This document shows positions 18,714 through 30,339 of a stretch of DNA of 64,000 nt, one piece after another. The notes under the pieces were generated by a model. That model searched no databases. It saw only the letters and a list, made by a program, of their open reading frames with translations, and was not told the origin of the DNA. The position numbers and the translations under genes were made by a program. Source of the DNA: Clostridia bacterium (GTDB lineage: Bacteria > Bacillota > Clostridia > TANB77 > CAG-508); contig JAZUKV010000002.1 in assembly GCA_045643465.1 (NCBI GenBank), positions 3,085 to 67,084 of the forward strand. Reading direction: 5' to 3'. Every line of letters begins with the position of its first letter. Within the stretch, counting starts at the first letter, position 1.

Positions 18714-20963
18714 ATGATTGCAGAAATTATAATGAATAGTAATGTTAGGAATTTAGATAGAACATTTGATTATAATATTCCATACGAAATGGAAGAAAAA
18801 GTAAAAATCGGAAGTAGAGTTCTTGTAAAATTCGGAAATATTAAAGAGCTAAAAGAAGGATTTGTTATTAATATAAAAGAGAAATCACCATTTGAAGTAA
18901 AAGATATTTCTAAAATTGAGGAAAGAGATTTTATAGATGAGCCTAAAATAAATTTAGCACAATGGATGGCAAAACGTTATTTTTGCAATGTTTCAGATTG
19001 TATAAAATTAATGCTACCTCCAGGGACAGGAACAAATAATTTAGAAAATAGAGCAAAAGAAAAATTAGTAAGATTTGTTAAATGTTTGAAAACAATTGAA
19101 GAGCTAGAAGTAGATATAGAAACAAAAAAATTGAAGTCTGAAAAACAAATAAGAGCATTGAAATTTTTGATAAAAAATAATGAAATACCTTCAAAATATT
19201 TAGAAGATATTGTAGATGTTACAAATTCTATTTTAAAAACCCTAGAAAAGAATGGATATATAGAGCTTTTTGAGCAACCAATAGAGCGAAATCCATTTAT
19301 GCATAAGGTTATAGCTAATAATGAAAAATTGGTATTAACAGATGAGCAGCAAATTGCTTATGAAGCTGTAGAAGAATCAATAGATGATTTAATGAATTCA
19401 GAATTTTTATTATATGGAGTTACTGGATCTGGAAAAACGGAAGTATATTTACAATTAATAGAAAAGGTATTAAATGAGGGAAAAACAAGTATAATGCTTG
19501 TACCTGAAATTTCTTTAACTCCTCAAACTGTAGATAGATTTATTGCAAGATTTGGGCAAGAGCAAATTGCAATATTGCATAGCAAATTATCTGTAGGGGA
19601 AAGATATGACCAGTGGTATAAAATTAAAAACGGAAATGCCAAAATAGTAATAGGTGCACGTTCAGCAATTTTTGCACCAATAGAAGATTTAGGATTAATA
19701 ATAATAGATGAAGAGCATGATGGTTCGTATAAGTCAGAAATGACTCCAAGATATAATGCAAAAGATGTTGCAAGATATTTAGCAAAAGAATATAGTGTAC
19801 CAATTGTGTATGGAAGTGCAACACCAGATATGGATACATTTTATAGGGCTTCAATAGGAGAAGTTGAATTATTAGAATTAACCAAAAGAGCAAATCAAGC
19901 AAGTTTACCAGAAATTAATATTGTAGACATGAGAAGGGAGCTTGCAAATTTAAATAAAAGTCCAATTAGTATGAAATTATGTGAAGCAATAAAGAAAAAT
20001 TTACAAAATAAAAAACAAACAATATTATTTTTAAATAGAAGAGGATATTCAACGTTTATATTGTGCAAAGATTGTGGATATGTTGCAAAATGCAAGAGCT
20101 GTAATATTGCATTAACATATCATAGCAAAGAAAACAAGCTAAAGTGCCATTATTGTGGATATGAAACATTGCCATTAGAATATTGTCCAGAATGTAAAAG
20201 TAAAAATATAAAATATTCAGGAAGTGGAACTCAAAAACTGGAAGAAGAGATAAATAAAATTTTTCCAGAAGCTAAAACTATAAGAATGGATGTAGATACA
20301 GTAGGCAAAAAAAATTCGCATGAAGATATATTAAATAAATTTAAAAATGAGAATATTGATATTTTAATAGGAACACAAATGGTTGTAAAAGGGCACCATT
20401 TTCCAAATGTAACACTAGTAGGAGTAGTTTTTGCAGATGGCAGTCTAAATATAGATGATTACAGAGCAAATGAGAGAACATTCCAAATATTAACACAAGT
20501 AGCAGGAAGAGCAGGTAGAGAAAAAGAGAATAAGGGAAATGTTATAATCCAAACATACAATCCAGATAGTTTAAGTATAGAGTATTCAAAAAAACAAAAT
20601 TATAGATTATTTTATGAAACAGAGATAATGATAAGGAAACAATTGAAATATCCGCCTTTTTGTGATATAATACAAATCGGTTTTAGTTCAGAAAACGAAA
20701 AAAGTGTAATTGAATCAGCTAAATATGCATATATGAGTTTAAAAGAAAAAATAATATCAGAAAAGCTGAAAATAATATTATATAAACCAGTCCCAGCGCC
20801 AATAGACAAAATAAAAAATAAGATACGCTGGAGAATAATAATAAAATGTAAGCTAGATGACGAAATAATAAAAGCACTAAATAAAACCTTAAAAGAAATA
20901 GAAAATAAAAATATAAAAGACCTAAAAATTGTAATAGATGTAAATCCAACTAACATGATGTAG
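18714..20963 (+). CDS. priA: Primosomal protein N' (PriA helicase)
   Basis: It has a Walker A motif (GVTGSGKTEVYL), a DEEH box and a C-terminal Cys-rich zinc-binding region. I prefer the ATG at 18714 with RBS aaggag, which gives the PriA-like N-terminus MIAEII...FDYNIP. The ORF-track start at 18690 is less likely. Confidence 0.9.
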   Translation: MIAEIIMNSNVRNLDRTFDYNIPYEMEEKVKIGSRVLVKFGNIKELKEGFVINIKEKSPFEVKDISKIEERDFIDEPKINLAQWMAKRYFCNVSDCIKLMLPPGTGTNNLENRAKEKLVRFVKCLKTIEELEVDIETKKLKSEKQIRALKFLIKNNEIPSKYLEDIVDVTNSILKTLEKNGYIELFEQPIERNPFMHKVIANNEKLVLTDEQQIAYEAVEESIDDLMNSEFLLYGVTGSGKTEVYLQLIEKVLNEGKTSIMLVPEISLTPQTVDRFIARFGQEQIAILHSKLSVGERYDQWYKIKNGNAKIVIGARSAIFAPIEDLGLIIIDEEHDGSYKSEMTPRYNAKDVARYLAKEYSVPIVYGSATPDMDTFYRASIGEVELLELTKRANQASLPEINIVDMRRELANLNKSPISMKLCEAIKKNLQNKKQTILFLNRRGYSTFILCKDCGYVAKCKSCNIALTYHSKENKLKCHYCGYETLPLEYCPECKSKNIKYSGSGTQKLEEEINKIFPEAKTIRMDVDTVGKKNSHEDILNKFKNENIDILIGTQMVVKGHHFPNVTLVGVVFADGSLNIDDYRANERTFQILTQVAGRAGREKENKGNVIIQTYNPDSLSIEYSKKQNYRLFYETEIMIRKQLKYPPFCDIIQIGFSSENEKSVIESAKYAYMSLKEKIISEKLKIILYKPVPAPIDKIKNKIRWRIIIKCKLDDEIIKALNKTLKEIENKNIKDLKIVIDVNPTNMM

Positions 20964-21108
20964 TGGAAAGCAGAAGCAAAGGAGAGAAAAAAAGGAAAAG
21001 AAAAAGAAAAAAAGAAAAAGAAAAAAAGAAAAAAGAGGGAATTGGGGACGGTTCTAAATTCCACTTTTTGAGAATTGGTGACACATATATGAAAGGGGTT
21101 ATTAAAAT

Positions 21109-21576
21109 ATGGCAATAAGAAATGTAAGATTAGAAAATGATGAAGTATTAAGAAAAAAATCAAGAGCTGTAGAAAATATTGATGATAAATTAAGAGAGCT
21201 TATTGATGACATGATTGAAACAATGCACCAAAAAGATGGTGTAGGTCTTGCTGCACCACAGGTAGGCGTACTAAAGAGAGTTGTTGTAATTGATTTATAT
21301 GATGATAAGGGTCCTTATGTTTTAATAAACCCAGAGATTATAAAAGAAAAAGGGGAGCAAGAAGTTGATGAAGGTTGCCTAAGTTTTCCTAATAAATTTG
21401 CAAAAGTTATAAGACCAGCTGAAGTTACTGTTAAAGCTTTAGATAGAGATGGAAAAGAGTATAAATTAAAAGGTAAAGGTCTATTAGCACAGGCTATATC
21501 TCATGAGTTAGACCACTTAGAAGGTATATTGTTTGTTGATAAAATAATACCAGGTACAATGGAAATTGTTAAATAA
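21109..21576 (+). CDS. def: Peptide deformylase
   Basis: All three signature motifs are present: [15 protein letters not shown] and HELDH. Confidence 0.95.
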   Translation: MAIRNVRLENDEVLRKKSRAVENIDDKLRELIDDMIETMHQKDGVGLAAPQVGVLKRVVVIDLYDDKGPYVLINPEIIKEKGEQEVDEGCLSFPNKFAKVIRPAEVTVKALDRDGKEYKLKGKGLLAQAISHELDHLEGILFVDKIIPGTMEIVK

Positions 21577-21583
21577 AGGAGAG

Positions 21584-22573
21584 ATGGATTTGAAGATTTT
21601 ATTTATGGGAACACCTGATTTCGCAGAGGAATCGTTAAAATGCATATATGAGGCAGGTCATGAAATATTAGCAGTTGTAACTAATCCAGATAAACCAAAA
21701 GGAAGAGGAATGAAAATGATTGCTTCTCCTGTTAAAGAATTTGCTTTAGAAAAGAATATAAAAATTTATCAACCTGAAAAAGTAAGAAAAAATGAAGAGC
21801 TAATCGATGAAATAAAAAAATTAGCACCTGATCTTATTTGTGTTGTGGCATATGGAAAAATTTTGCCAAAGGAAATATTGGATATTCCAAAATATGGCTC
21901 TATAAATGTTCATGGTTCACTTCTTCCAAAATATAGAGGGGCTGCACCTATACAATGGGCAGTATTAAATGGAGATAAAGTAACAGGAATTACAACTATG
22001 TATATGGATATAGGCATGGATGAAGGCGACATGATTCTGAAAGAAGAAGTTGAAATAGGAGATAATGAAACAACAGGTGAACTTTGGAATAGATTATCAA
22101 AAATAGGAGGAAAACTTCTTGTAGAAACTATTGCTAAAATAGAGGATGGAACAGCACCAAGAATAAAGCAAGGTGAGAATTTTTCATTAGCTCCAATGTT
22201 AAACAAAGAAATGGCAAAAATTGATTGGGAAAATAAAACTGCAATTCAAATAAAAAACCTAGTTAGAGGGCTAAATCCAATAATGGGTGCATATTCTTTC
22301 TATGAAGGCAAAAAAATAAAATTTTGGAAAGTAGAAACTTATACAGATGATGAATTAATTAAATTATTTCCAGAGCTTGAAGAATTCAAAGATAGATTTT
22401 TAGATTTACCAGAAGGAACAATTTTATTTTCAGACAGTAAAACAGGCTTATATATAAAAGCAAAAGAAGGTAATATTAAAGTAATAGAAATTCAAGGTGA
22501 AAATGCAAAACGAATGAGTGCTGAAGATTTTCTAAGAGGAAATTCATTAGCAGCAGGATTGTGTTTTGAATAG
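21584..22573 (+). CDS. fmt: Methionyl-tRNA formyltransferase
   Basis: The N-terminus is ILFMGTPDFA, and a formyltransferase core with HGSLLPKYRGAAPI follows. The start is ambiguous: TTG at 21566, ATG at 21584 and TTG at 21590 (giving MKILFMGTPDF) are all candidates, and the aggag RBS sits 7 nt before 21590. Confidence 0.9.
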   Translation: MDLKILFMGTPDFAEESLKCIYEAGHEILAVVTNPDKPKGRGMKMIASPVKEFALEKNIKIYQPEKVRKNEELIDEIKKLAPDLICVVAYGKILPKEILDIPKYGSINVHGSLLPKYRGAAPIQWAVLNGDKVTGITTMYMDIGMDEGDMILKEEVEIGDNETTGELWNRLSKIGGKLLVETIAKIEDGTAPRIKQGENFSLAPMLNKEMAKIDWENKTAIQIKNLVRGLNPIMGAYSFYEGKKIKFWKVETYTDDELIKLFPELEEFKDRFLDLPEGTILFSDSKTGLYIKAKEGNIKVIEIQGENAKRMSAEDFLRGNSLAAGLCFE

Positions 22574-22762
22574 TTAATAATAGAAGCTAAGTCTTTAAAG
22601 TGAAAATATGTATTCATTTTATGCACTTGGCTTTTTATTTATATAAGAAAGTTTGCATGATTGACATGAATAAAGTTATATGATTTAATTTTTAGTATAA
22701 ATGGTTCTTTGATAAGAATCATATTTGTAATTCAATATATGATTTATGAAAGGAGGATTTTT

Positions 22763-23470
22763 ATGAAAATATTACTTCCATGCAAAGATTATGATTTTGG
22801 AGATGAAGGTTATGAAATACGTGATTGGATATTATATATCCATCGGCCAACAGTTTTCAAAAGCGCAATGTATAAAATAACATATATGTGCTATGGAAAA
22901 GACGAATGTTATTTCTGTCATAGGAAGTTAAAACCAAACATGAATAATAGTGAAAGCAAGGATTATTTTAGAAAAATCACCCTAGACCATTTAATTCCAC
23001 AAGAATTTGGTGGCCTAACAATTCCCAATAATATGAGACCAGCATGTGAAAATTGCAATAGTTCGAAAGGAAATTATTTTCCAGATGAGTTTGAAATGTT
23101 GAGAAAGCTATCTGAGATGCGGACAAAAGAAGGCTTGAAGAAAAAGAAAGCCTTTAAAGAAGAAGTTAAAAAGATTCAAGAAAAGCGAAGGGAAGGGACT
23201 ATAGAATCTATTCCTGAAGAATGGCTTGATAATACGGATATTTCTAAAGTTATTTCTACAATATGGGTAGGTGAAGGTTTCGGTTCTGAATACAAGAAAC
23301 AAAGAAGAGCTATGAGCGAGCATAAGTATAATCCAAAAATTATTATAGTAAGTAAAAATAACTATGTACTTGATGGATTTTACACTTTAATAATTTCAAA
23401 AATGGAGAAGCGAAAACCATTAATAGCAAAAGCTGAAAACATTATTTATGATGGATTTGAATTAGAATAA
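22763..23470 (+). CDS. HNH endonuclease-domain protein of 235 aa, a single gene with no obvious partner
   Basis: The HNH core is C-Y-F-C-H...LDHLIP...N...C-E-N-C-N, that is two C-x2-C pairs, the DH and a conserved N. The C-terminal roughly 120 aa are Lys/Glu-rich with no recognisable domain. The RBS aggagg lies 6 nt upstream. Confidence 0.75.
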   Translation: MKILLPCKDYDFGDEGYEIRDWILYIHRPTVFKSAMYKITYMCYGKDECYFCHRKLKPNMNNSESKDYFRKITLDHLIPQEFGGLTIPNNMRPACENCNSSKGNYFPDEFEMLRKLSEMRTKEGLKKKKAFKEEVKKIQEKRREGTIESIPEEWLDNTDISKVISTIWVGEGFGSEYKKQRRAMSEHKYNPKIIIVSKNNYVLDGFYTLIISKMEKRKPLIAKAENIIYDGFELE

Positions 23471-23553
23471 AAATCTGAATTAGAAGCGTATCTACAATTT
23501 GTAGGTACGCTTTACCATATAAATTAAAATTTACAAAATTAGAAAAATAAGTA

Positions 23554-23580
23554 TTGACAATATGAAGTTTTGGATATAAT
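23554..23580 (+). promoter_or_regulatory. Sigma-A type promoter of the hrcA operon (-35 TTGACA at 23554–23559, -10 TATAAT at 23575–23580)
   Basis: Both hexamers match consensus. The spacer is only about 15 nt, so the exact -10 assignment is uncertain. Confidence 0.5.
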
Positions 23581-23591
23581 ATATACACAGT

Positions 23592-23618
23592 TTAGCACTC
23601 AAACAAAAAGACTGCTAA
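23592..23618 (+). promoter_or_regulatory. CIRCE operator (the HrcA binding site)
   Basis: TTAGCACTC-N9-GACTGCTAA. This differs by one mismatch from the consensus TTAGCACTC-N9-GAGTGCTAA and lies between the promoter and hrcA. Confidence 0.9.
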
Positions 23619-23634
23619 AAAGAAGGTGAAAAAG

Positions 23635-24639
23635 TTGTTAGATGATAGAAAAAAACGTATTTTGCAAGCTATAGTAGATGAATATGTAAATACAGCAGAA
23701 CCTGTAAGCTCTGGAAGTATTTCACAAAAAAAAGGTCTAGAATATAGTAGTGCAACAATCAGAAATGAAATGTCTGAATTAGAAAGAGATGGATACTTAG
23801 AAAAAACACATACTTCAAGCGGAAGAGTTCCATCTGTAAAAGGTTATAGATTATATGTGGATGAATTGCTTAAAGAAGATAATATAAGTTTAGAAGAAAT
23901 AAAATATATAAAAGATAAATTGCAAATTAAGGTTAATCAAATAGAAGAGCTAACTCAAATAGCAACCAATACGTTGTCTGAAGTAACTCATTATACAACT
24001 GTAGCAATAGGACCAAAAGTTACTAAGCAAATCATTCAAGAAATTAAATTTATACTATTAGGAAGTAGAATGCTAATGGCAGTAATACTTACTAATACAG
24101 GCATGATAAAGGAAACGATAATAAATTTTCAAGAAGATATATATGAAGATCAAATAGAAACAATTAATTTACTATTTAATAGTAAATTACAAGGAAAGCC
24201 ACTTGATAAAATAAATGAACCTTTAGAAGAATATATTTTTAGCGAAATGCAATCAAGTGCTAATATGATAAAAACCATTATAGATCAATTAAATAGAGTA
24301 ATTTATGAAGAAGCAAAATTATATTTAGAAGGAACAAATAAATCATTTGATTTGCCGGAACTTAAAAAGGCTGAAACTGCTAGAAATTTCATTAATATTT
24401 TAGAAAATAAAAATGAGGTAGTAGATTTACTTGATAATGAACTTTCAAAAGATATAAATGTGTATTTTGGAGAAGAGCTAGGTGATGAAAATTTAAAAGA
24501 TTTTAGCATCGTAACTTTAAAAAGTGATGATAAAGATATGGGAACTATAGGAATAATAGGTCCTAAAAGAATGAATTATTCTAAAGTAATATCAGTAATG
24601 AGATATATTCAAAAGTTAATAGAAAAGGGAGGATTATAA
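23635..24639 (+). CDS. hrcA: Heat-inducible transcription repressor HrcA
   Basis: It is the first gene of the hrcA-grpE-dnaK-dnaJ operon. The N-terminus is RKKRILQAIVDEYV...PVSS. A TTG start at 23635 with RBS aaggtg is likely; the GTG at 23626 is an alternative. Confidence 0.9.
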   Translation: MLDDRKKRILQAIVDEYVNTAEPVSSGSISQKKGLEYSSATIRNEMSELERDGYLEKTHTSSGRVPSVKGYRLYVDELLKEDNISLEEIKYIKDKLQIKVNQIEELTQIATNTLSEVTHYTTVAIGPKVTKQIIQEIKFILLGSRMLMAVILTNTGMIKETIINFQEDIYEDQIETINLLFNSKLQGKPLDKINEPLEEYIFSEMQSSANMIKTIIDQLNRVIYEEAKLYLEGTNKSFDLPELKKAETARNFINILENKNEVVDLLDNELSKDINVYFGEELGDENLKDFSIVTLKSDDKDMGTIGIIGPKRMNYSKVISVMRYIQKLIEKGGL

Positions 24640-25154
24640 TGGATGAAATAATAAATGATGAAAATCAAGAAGAGCTAACAAATGAAATAAGTCAAAAAGA
24701 TTTACAAAAAATTAAAGATCTTTTAGAAATACAAAAAAAAGATATTGAAGAAAAAGATGATAGATTAAAAAGATTGATGGCTGAGTTTGAAAATTTCAAA
24801 AAAAGAAGCAGTAAAGAAAGAGAAAATTTATATAATTCATTAATGGGGGATATAATTTCTTCTTTATTGCCAATAATTGACAATTTAGAAAAAGCAGTTG
24901 AAGTAAAAACTGAAGATGAAAATTATAAACAAGGAATTGAGCTTGTTTTAAAACAATTTAAAGATGTTTTAAAGCAAAATGGAGTAATGGAAATTGAATC
25001 TATAGGAAAAACGTTTAATCCAGAATTTCATGAAGCAATAACTTCTGTAATAGATGAAAATCTTGGAATTCAAGAAATAAAAGAAGAATATAGAAAAGGC
25101 TATATGATTGGTGATAAAGTAATAAGACATTCATTAGTTGTTGTAGCAAATTAA
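24639..25154 (+). CDS. grpE: Nucleotide exchange factor GrpE
   Basis: The GrpE core is LKRLMAEFENFKKR...GYMIGDKVIRHSLVVV. Its start overlaps the hrcA stop (TAATG). Confidence 0.92.
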   Translation: MDEIINDENQEELTNEISQKDLQKIKDLLEIQKKDIEEKDDRLKRLMAEFENFKKRSSKERENLYNSLMGDIISSLLPIIDNLEKAVEVKTEDENYKQGIELVLKQFKDVLKQNGVMEIESIGKTFNPEFHEAITSVIDENLGIQEIKEEYRKGYMIGDKVIRHSLVVVAN

Positions 25155-25280
25155 TGTTAATATTCTAATAGAAAAGCTATTAGTATATATAAATTACCAA
25201 AGATTAAGAATTTAAATAAATTAAGAAATATTATGTCCCAAATGTAATATTTCGATTAGACATTAAAGGAGGATTTTTAA

Positions 25281-27122
<1,842 letters not shown>

Positions 27123-27180
27123 TTTTTAACTTGGGGACGGGGTTAATCTCGTTCCCATTTAAAAGAGAAAGGGAAATTTG

Positions 27181-28326
27181 ATGTCAGAAAAAAGAGATTA
27201 TTATGAAGTATTAGGTGTAGGTAAAAGTGCAACTGATGATGAGCTTAAAAAAGCTTATAGAAAGCTTGCAAAGCAATATCATCCTGATGCAAATTTAGAT
27301 AATAAAGAAGAAGCTGAAAAGAAATTTAAAGAAATAAATGAAGCTTATGAGACTTTATCAGATCCACAAAAAAGAAAAATGTATGATCAATTTGGTCCCG
27401 ATGGCCCAGCAGGTTTTGGTGGCGGAGCCGGAGGAAGCTATTATTCATCAGGATTTGATGGATTTTCTGATTTTGGAGATATTGGAGATATATTTTCTTC
27501 ATTTTTCGGAGGTGGTTTTGGTGGTCGCAGTAGCAGAAAAAATACAAATGGGCCAGTGCAAGGTGCAGATTTAAAGACTACTATTGATATTACTTTTGAA
27601 GAAGCATTTTCTGGAGTTGAAAAAGAAATTGTGGTTAATAGAAACGAAACTTGTACAACATGTGGAGGAAATGGTGCAAAACCAGGAACAGTAATAGATA
27701 AATGTACTGTTTGTAACGGAACAGGGCAAGTTAGACAAATTCAAAATACTATATTAGGACAGATGCAAACTACAAGAACATGCGGAACTTGTGGAGGAAC
27801 TGGAAAAATCATTAAACAACCTTGTGAAGTTTGTAAAGGAAAAGGTAAGATTAGAAAACAAGCTAAAATTAAAGTTAAAATTCCAGCAGGTATTGATGAC
27901 AACCAAACTATAGTATTAAGAGGTGAAGGTGAATCAGGATCTAGAGGTGGAGCAAAAGGAGATTTGTACATAGTAATAAGAGTTAAGAAACATAGCATTT
28001 TTACTAGAGATGGTTTAGATGTATTTTGTACAGTTCCAATAACGTTTACACAAGCAACATTAGGTGCAGATTTAGAAATACCGCTAGTTAATGGCACTAA
28101 GGAAGTTTTTAAAATTCCAGAAGGAACTCAAACAGGAACCAGATTTACAATGAGAGGAAAAGGATTTAAAAATGTGAATAATTCAAATTTAGGAAGTCTT
28201 ATATTTACAGTTCAAGTTCAAGTTCCAAAACGTTTGACCAAGGAGCAACGTGATTTATTAACGGAATTAGCAAAAACTATGAATGAACAGCCACCTATAA
28301 AAAAGAAAAATATATTTGGATTTTAA
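27181..28326 (+). CDS. dnaJ: Molecular chaperone DnaJ
   Basis: It has a J-domain with HPD, a Gly/Phe-rich region and four C-x2-C-x-G-x-G zinc-finger repeats. The ATG at 27181 is preferred over the in-frame TTG at 27178. Confidence 0.95.
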   Translation: MSEKRDYYEVLGVGKSATDDELKKAYRKLAKQYHPDANLDNKEEAEKKFKEINEAYETLSDPQKRKMYDQFGPDGPAGFGGGAGGSYYSSGFDGFSDFGDIGDIFSSFFGGGFGGRSSRKNTNGPVQGADLKTTIDITFEEAFSGVEKEIVVNRNETCTTCGGNGAKPGTVIDKCTVCNGTGQVRQIQNTILGQMQTTRTCGTCGGTGKIIKQPCEVCKGKGKIRKQAKIKVKIPAGIDDNQTIVLRGEGESGSRGGAKGDLYIVIRVKKHSIFTRDGLDVFCTVPITFTQATLGADLEIPLVNGTKEVFKIPEGTQTGTRFTMRGKGFKNVNNSNLGSLIFTVQVQVPKRLTKEQRDLLTELAKTMNEQPPIKKKNIFGF

Positions 28327-28333
28327 CAAATTG

Positions 28334-28382
28334 AAAAAATAAATTTAGAATGCTAATAAATGCATTTTAAATTTATTTTTTT
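28334..28382 (+). terminator. Rho-independent terminator after dnaJ
   Basis: An AT-rich imperfect hairpin (aaataaatttagaatgc...gcattttaaatttattt) is followed by ttttttt. Confidence 0.55.
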
Positions 28383-28505
28383 GGGAAATTTTATTAAAGC
28401 TAATGAGAATAATTATTTATAAAAAGTTTATATTAAATATGGACTTTTTATGGTTAATAGAATAAAATTAACCTGATAAATTTAAAATACAGAGGAGGAA
28501 TTTTT

Positions 28506-29036
28506 ATGAATATTTGGCATGATATTAATGGAGAAAGAATTAAAAAAGAAAAATTTGTTTCAGTTATAGAAATACCTAAGAATGGTAGAAACAAATATGA
28601 ATTAGACAAAGAAACTGGTATGTTAAGATTAGATAGGGTTTTGTATACAGCAACACATTATCCTGCAAACTATGGTTTTATACCAAGAACATATGCAGGA
28701 GATGGTGATCCACTTGATGTTGTAGTAATTTCACATGAAGAATTTGTACCATTAACTTTAGTTGAAACATATCCTATAGGTGTATTAAGAATGATTGATA
28801 ATGGAGATGCAGATGAAAAAATAATTTGTATTCCTTGTAATGATCCATATTTAAATGGATACAAAGATATAACAGAATTGCCAACACAATTATTGGATGA
28901 GATTATGCATTTCTTTGAAGTATATAAGCAATTAGAAGGAAAAGAAACAACAATTGACAAAATGTTAGGAAGAGCTGAAGCAGAAAAAGTTGTAGAAGAA
29001 TGTATAAATAATTATAAAGAAAAATTCGAAAGATAG
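28506..29036 (+). CDS. ppa: Inorganic pyrophosphatase (family I)
   Basis: The DGDPLDVVV motif and YP.NYGFIP motif are present. The protein is 176 aa. Confidence 0.92.
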   Translation: MNIWHDINGERIKKEKFVSVIEIPKNGRNKYELDKETGMLRLDRVLYTATHYPANYGFIPRTYAGDGDPLDVVVISHEEFVPLTLVETYPIGVLRMIDNGDADEKIICIPCNDPYLNGYKDITELPTQLLDEIMHFFEVYKQLEGKETTIDKMLGRAEAEKVVEECINNYKEKFER

Positions 29037-29053
29037 GAGTGCTGTTATAAATT

Positions 29054-30241
29054 ATGGAGAAAGCAATATTTTTTATATTAGCTTTTATAATGTTTATTGT
29101 TATTTTTACCAAATTTATAAAACGCAATGATTCAGTATATTTATATATTGTGTTTCTAGAGTTTATAGGCTTAGCTGTTAGGTTTATAGGAGTGTTGAAT
29201 AATATTGAATATAACAATTTAATAATTATTTTAATGTACGTAATATCAATTATAATTCCAATTGCTGTAATTTTTTTAGAGCAAAATAGTGTATTTGCTT
29301 CTGAATCAATTTGTATTATGCAGGTTAGAATTCTTCTTAAACTAAAAAGAAATGATGTTGCAAGAAGAAAATTGATTAATTTAATTTCTAAACATCAAAA
29401 TAGTTATTATGCGCATAAATTATTGGCAGAGATATATGAAAAAGAAGGAAAGTTAGAAGAATCTATAGATGAATATGTAAGAGCAGTGGATATAAATGGT
29501 AAAGATTATGATTCATATTATCAAATAGCATTTTTGTTACATCGAACAGAAAAGAATATAGAATCTGAAAAAATGTTAAAAGAGCTATTAAATAAAAATC
29601 CTGAATATTATCAAGCTGCCGAATTACTTGGAACAGTATTATATGATCAAGAAAAATTTAGCGAAGCGGTAAGTGTATATCAAGAAGCTCTTAAGAATAA
29701 TCCTGAAAGATATGAATTATATTATGGACTTGGAATGGCATATACAAGATTAAATGATTTCCAAACAGCTAAAGAGTATTATGAAAAAGCTGCTATGATT
29801 AATTCAATGTTATTTCATGCAAAAATAAGTATTGCGCAAATTGCATTGATAGCAGGAGAATTGGAAGAAGCAGAAAATAGATTCATAGAATGCTTAGGAA
29901 ATAAAGAAACAGAGCCAGATGCATATTATTATTTAGCAATTGTTTGTATGCTTAAAGGTGAGCAAGATAAAGCTGTTGGATATATAAATATTGCAATAGA
30001 ATTAGATAAAAGAATATATAAAAGGGCAAGTGCTCAAGATGTTTTTAAACCTGTAATGGACCAAGTAAGGAATGTTCAAAATAGAATACATAGATATCAT
30101 TTAAATGCACAGGAGATTAAAACGAAGAAACACCTTGAAGATACTTTTAATCTAATTCAAAAAATGAAGAAAAATGACAATAATGCAGTTGAAAGCGATG
30201 AGAAAAAAATTGAATTAGATGGTAATGAAAGAGAATTTTAA
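29054..30241 (+). CDS. TPR-repeat membrane protein
   Basis: Three predicted N-terminal transmembrane segments are followed by about 6 TPR units (for example A..LLAEIYEKEGKLEESIDEY.RAV). Confidence 0.7.
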   Translation: MEKAIFFILAFIMFIVIFTKFIKRNDSVYLYIVFLEFIGLAVRFIGVLNNIEYNNLIIILMYVISIIIPIAVIFLEQNSVFASESICIMQVRILLKLKRNDVARRKLINLISKHQNSYYAHKLLAEIYEKEGKLEESIDEYVRAVDINGKDYDSYYQIAFLLHRTEKNIESEKMLKELLNKNPEYYQAAELLGTVLYDQEKFSEAVSVYQEALKNNPERYELYYGLGMAYTRLNDFQTAKEYYEKAAMINSMLFHAKISIAQIALIAGELEEAENRFIECLGNKETEPDAYYYLAIVCMLKGEQDKAVGYINIAIELDKRIYKRASAQDVFKPVMDQVRNVQNRIHRYHLNAQEIKTKKHLEDTFNLIQKMKKNDNNAVESDEKKIELDGNEREF

Positions 30242-30248
30242 TATCATA

Positions 30249-30290
30249 TAACATGTATTGATAAAATAGACTATAGTATATATAGTCTAT
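30249..30290 (+). terminator. Rho-independent terminator
   Basis: The stem atagactat / atagtctat is followed by tttttgtttt. Confidence 0.75.
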
Positions 30291-30339
30291 TTTTGTTTTG
30301 ATAAGTACTATATAAGAAATATAATGATGAGAGGTTATT

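Noticed and set aside
20612-21163. 183-aa minus-strand ORF spanning the end of priA and the homopurine tract
   Set aside because: Its translation is poly-Phe/Leu derived from the complement of the purine run. It is antisense to priA.
27131-27165. A possible sigma-factor or riboswitch element between dnaK and dnaJ
   Set aside because: Only a short GC-rich imperfect hairpin is present. It is more consistent with a partial terminator or attenuator, and I report it only as a shared-motif observation.
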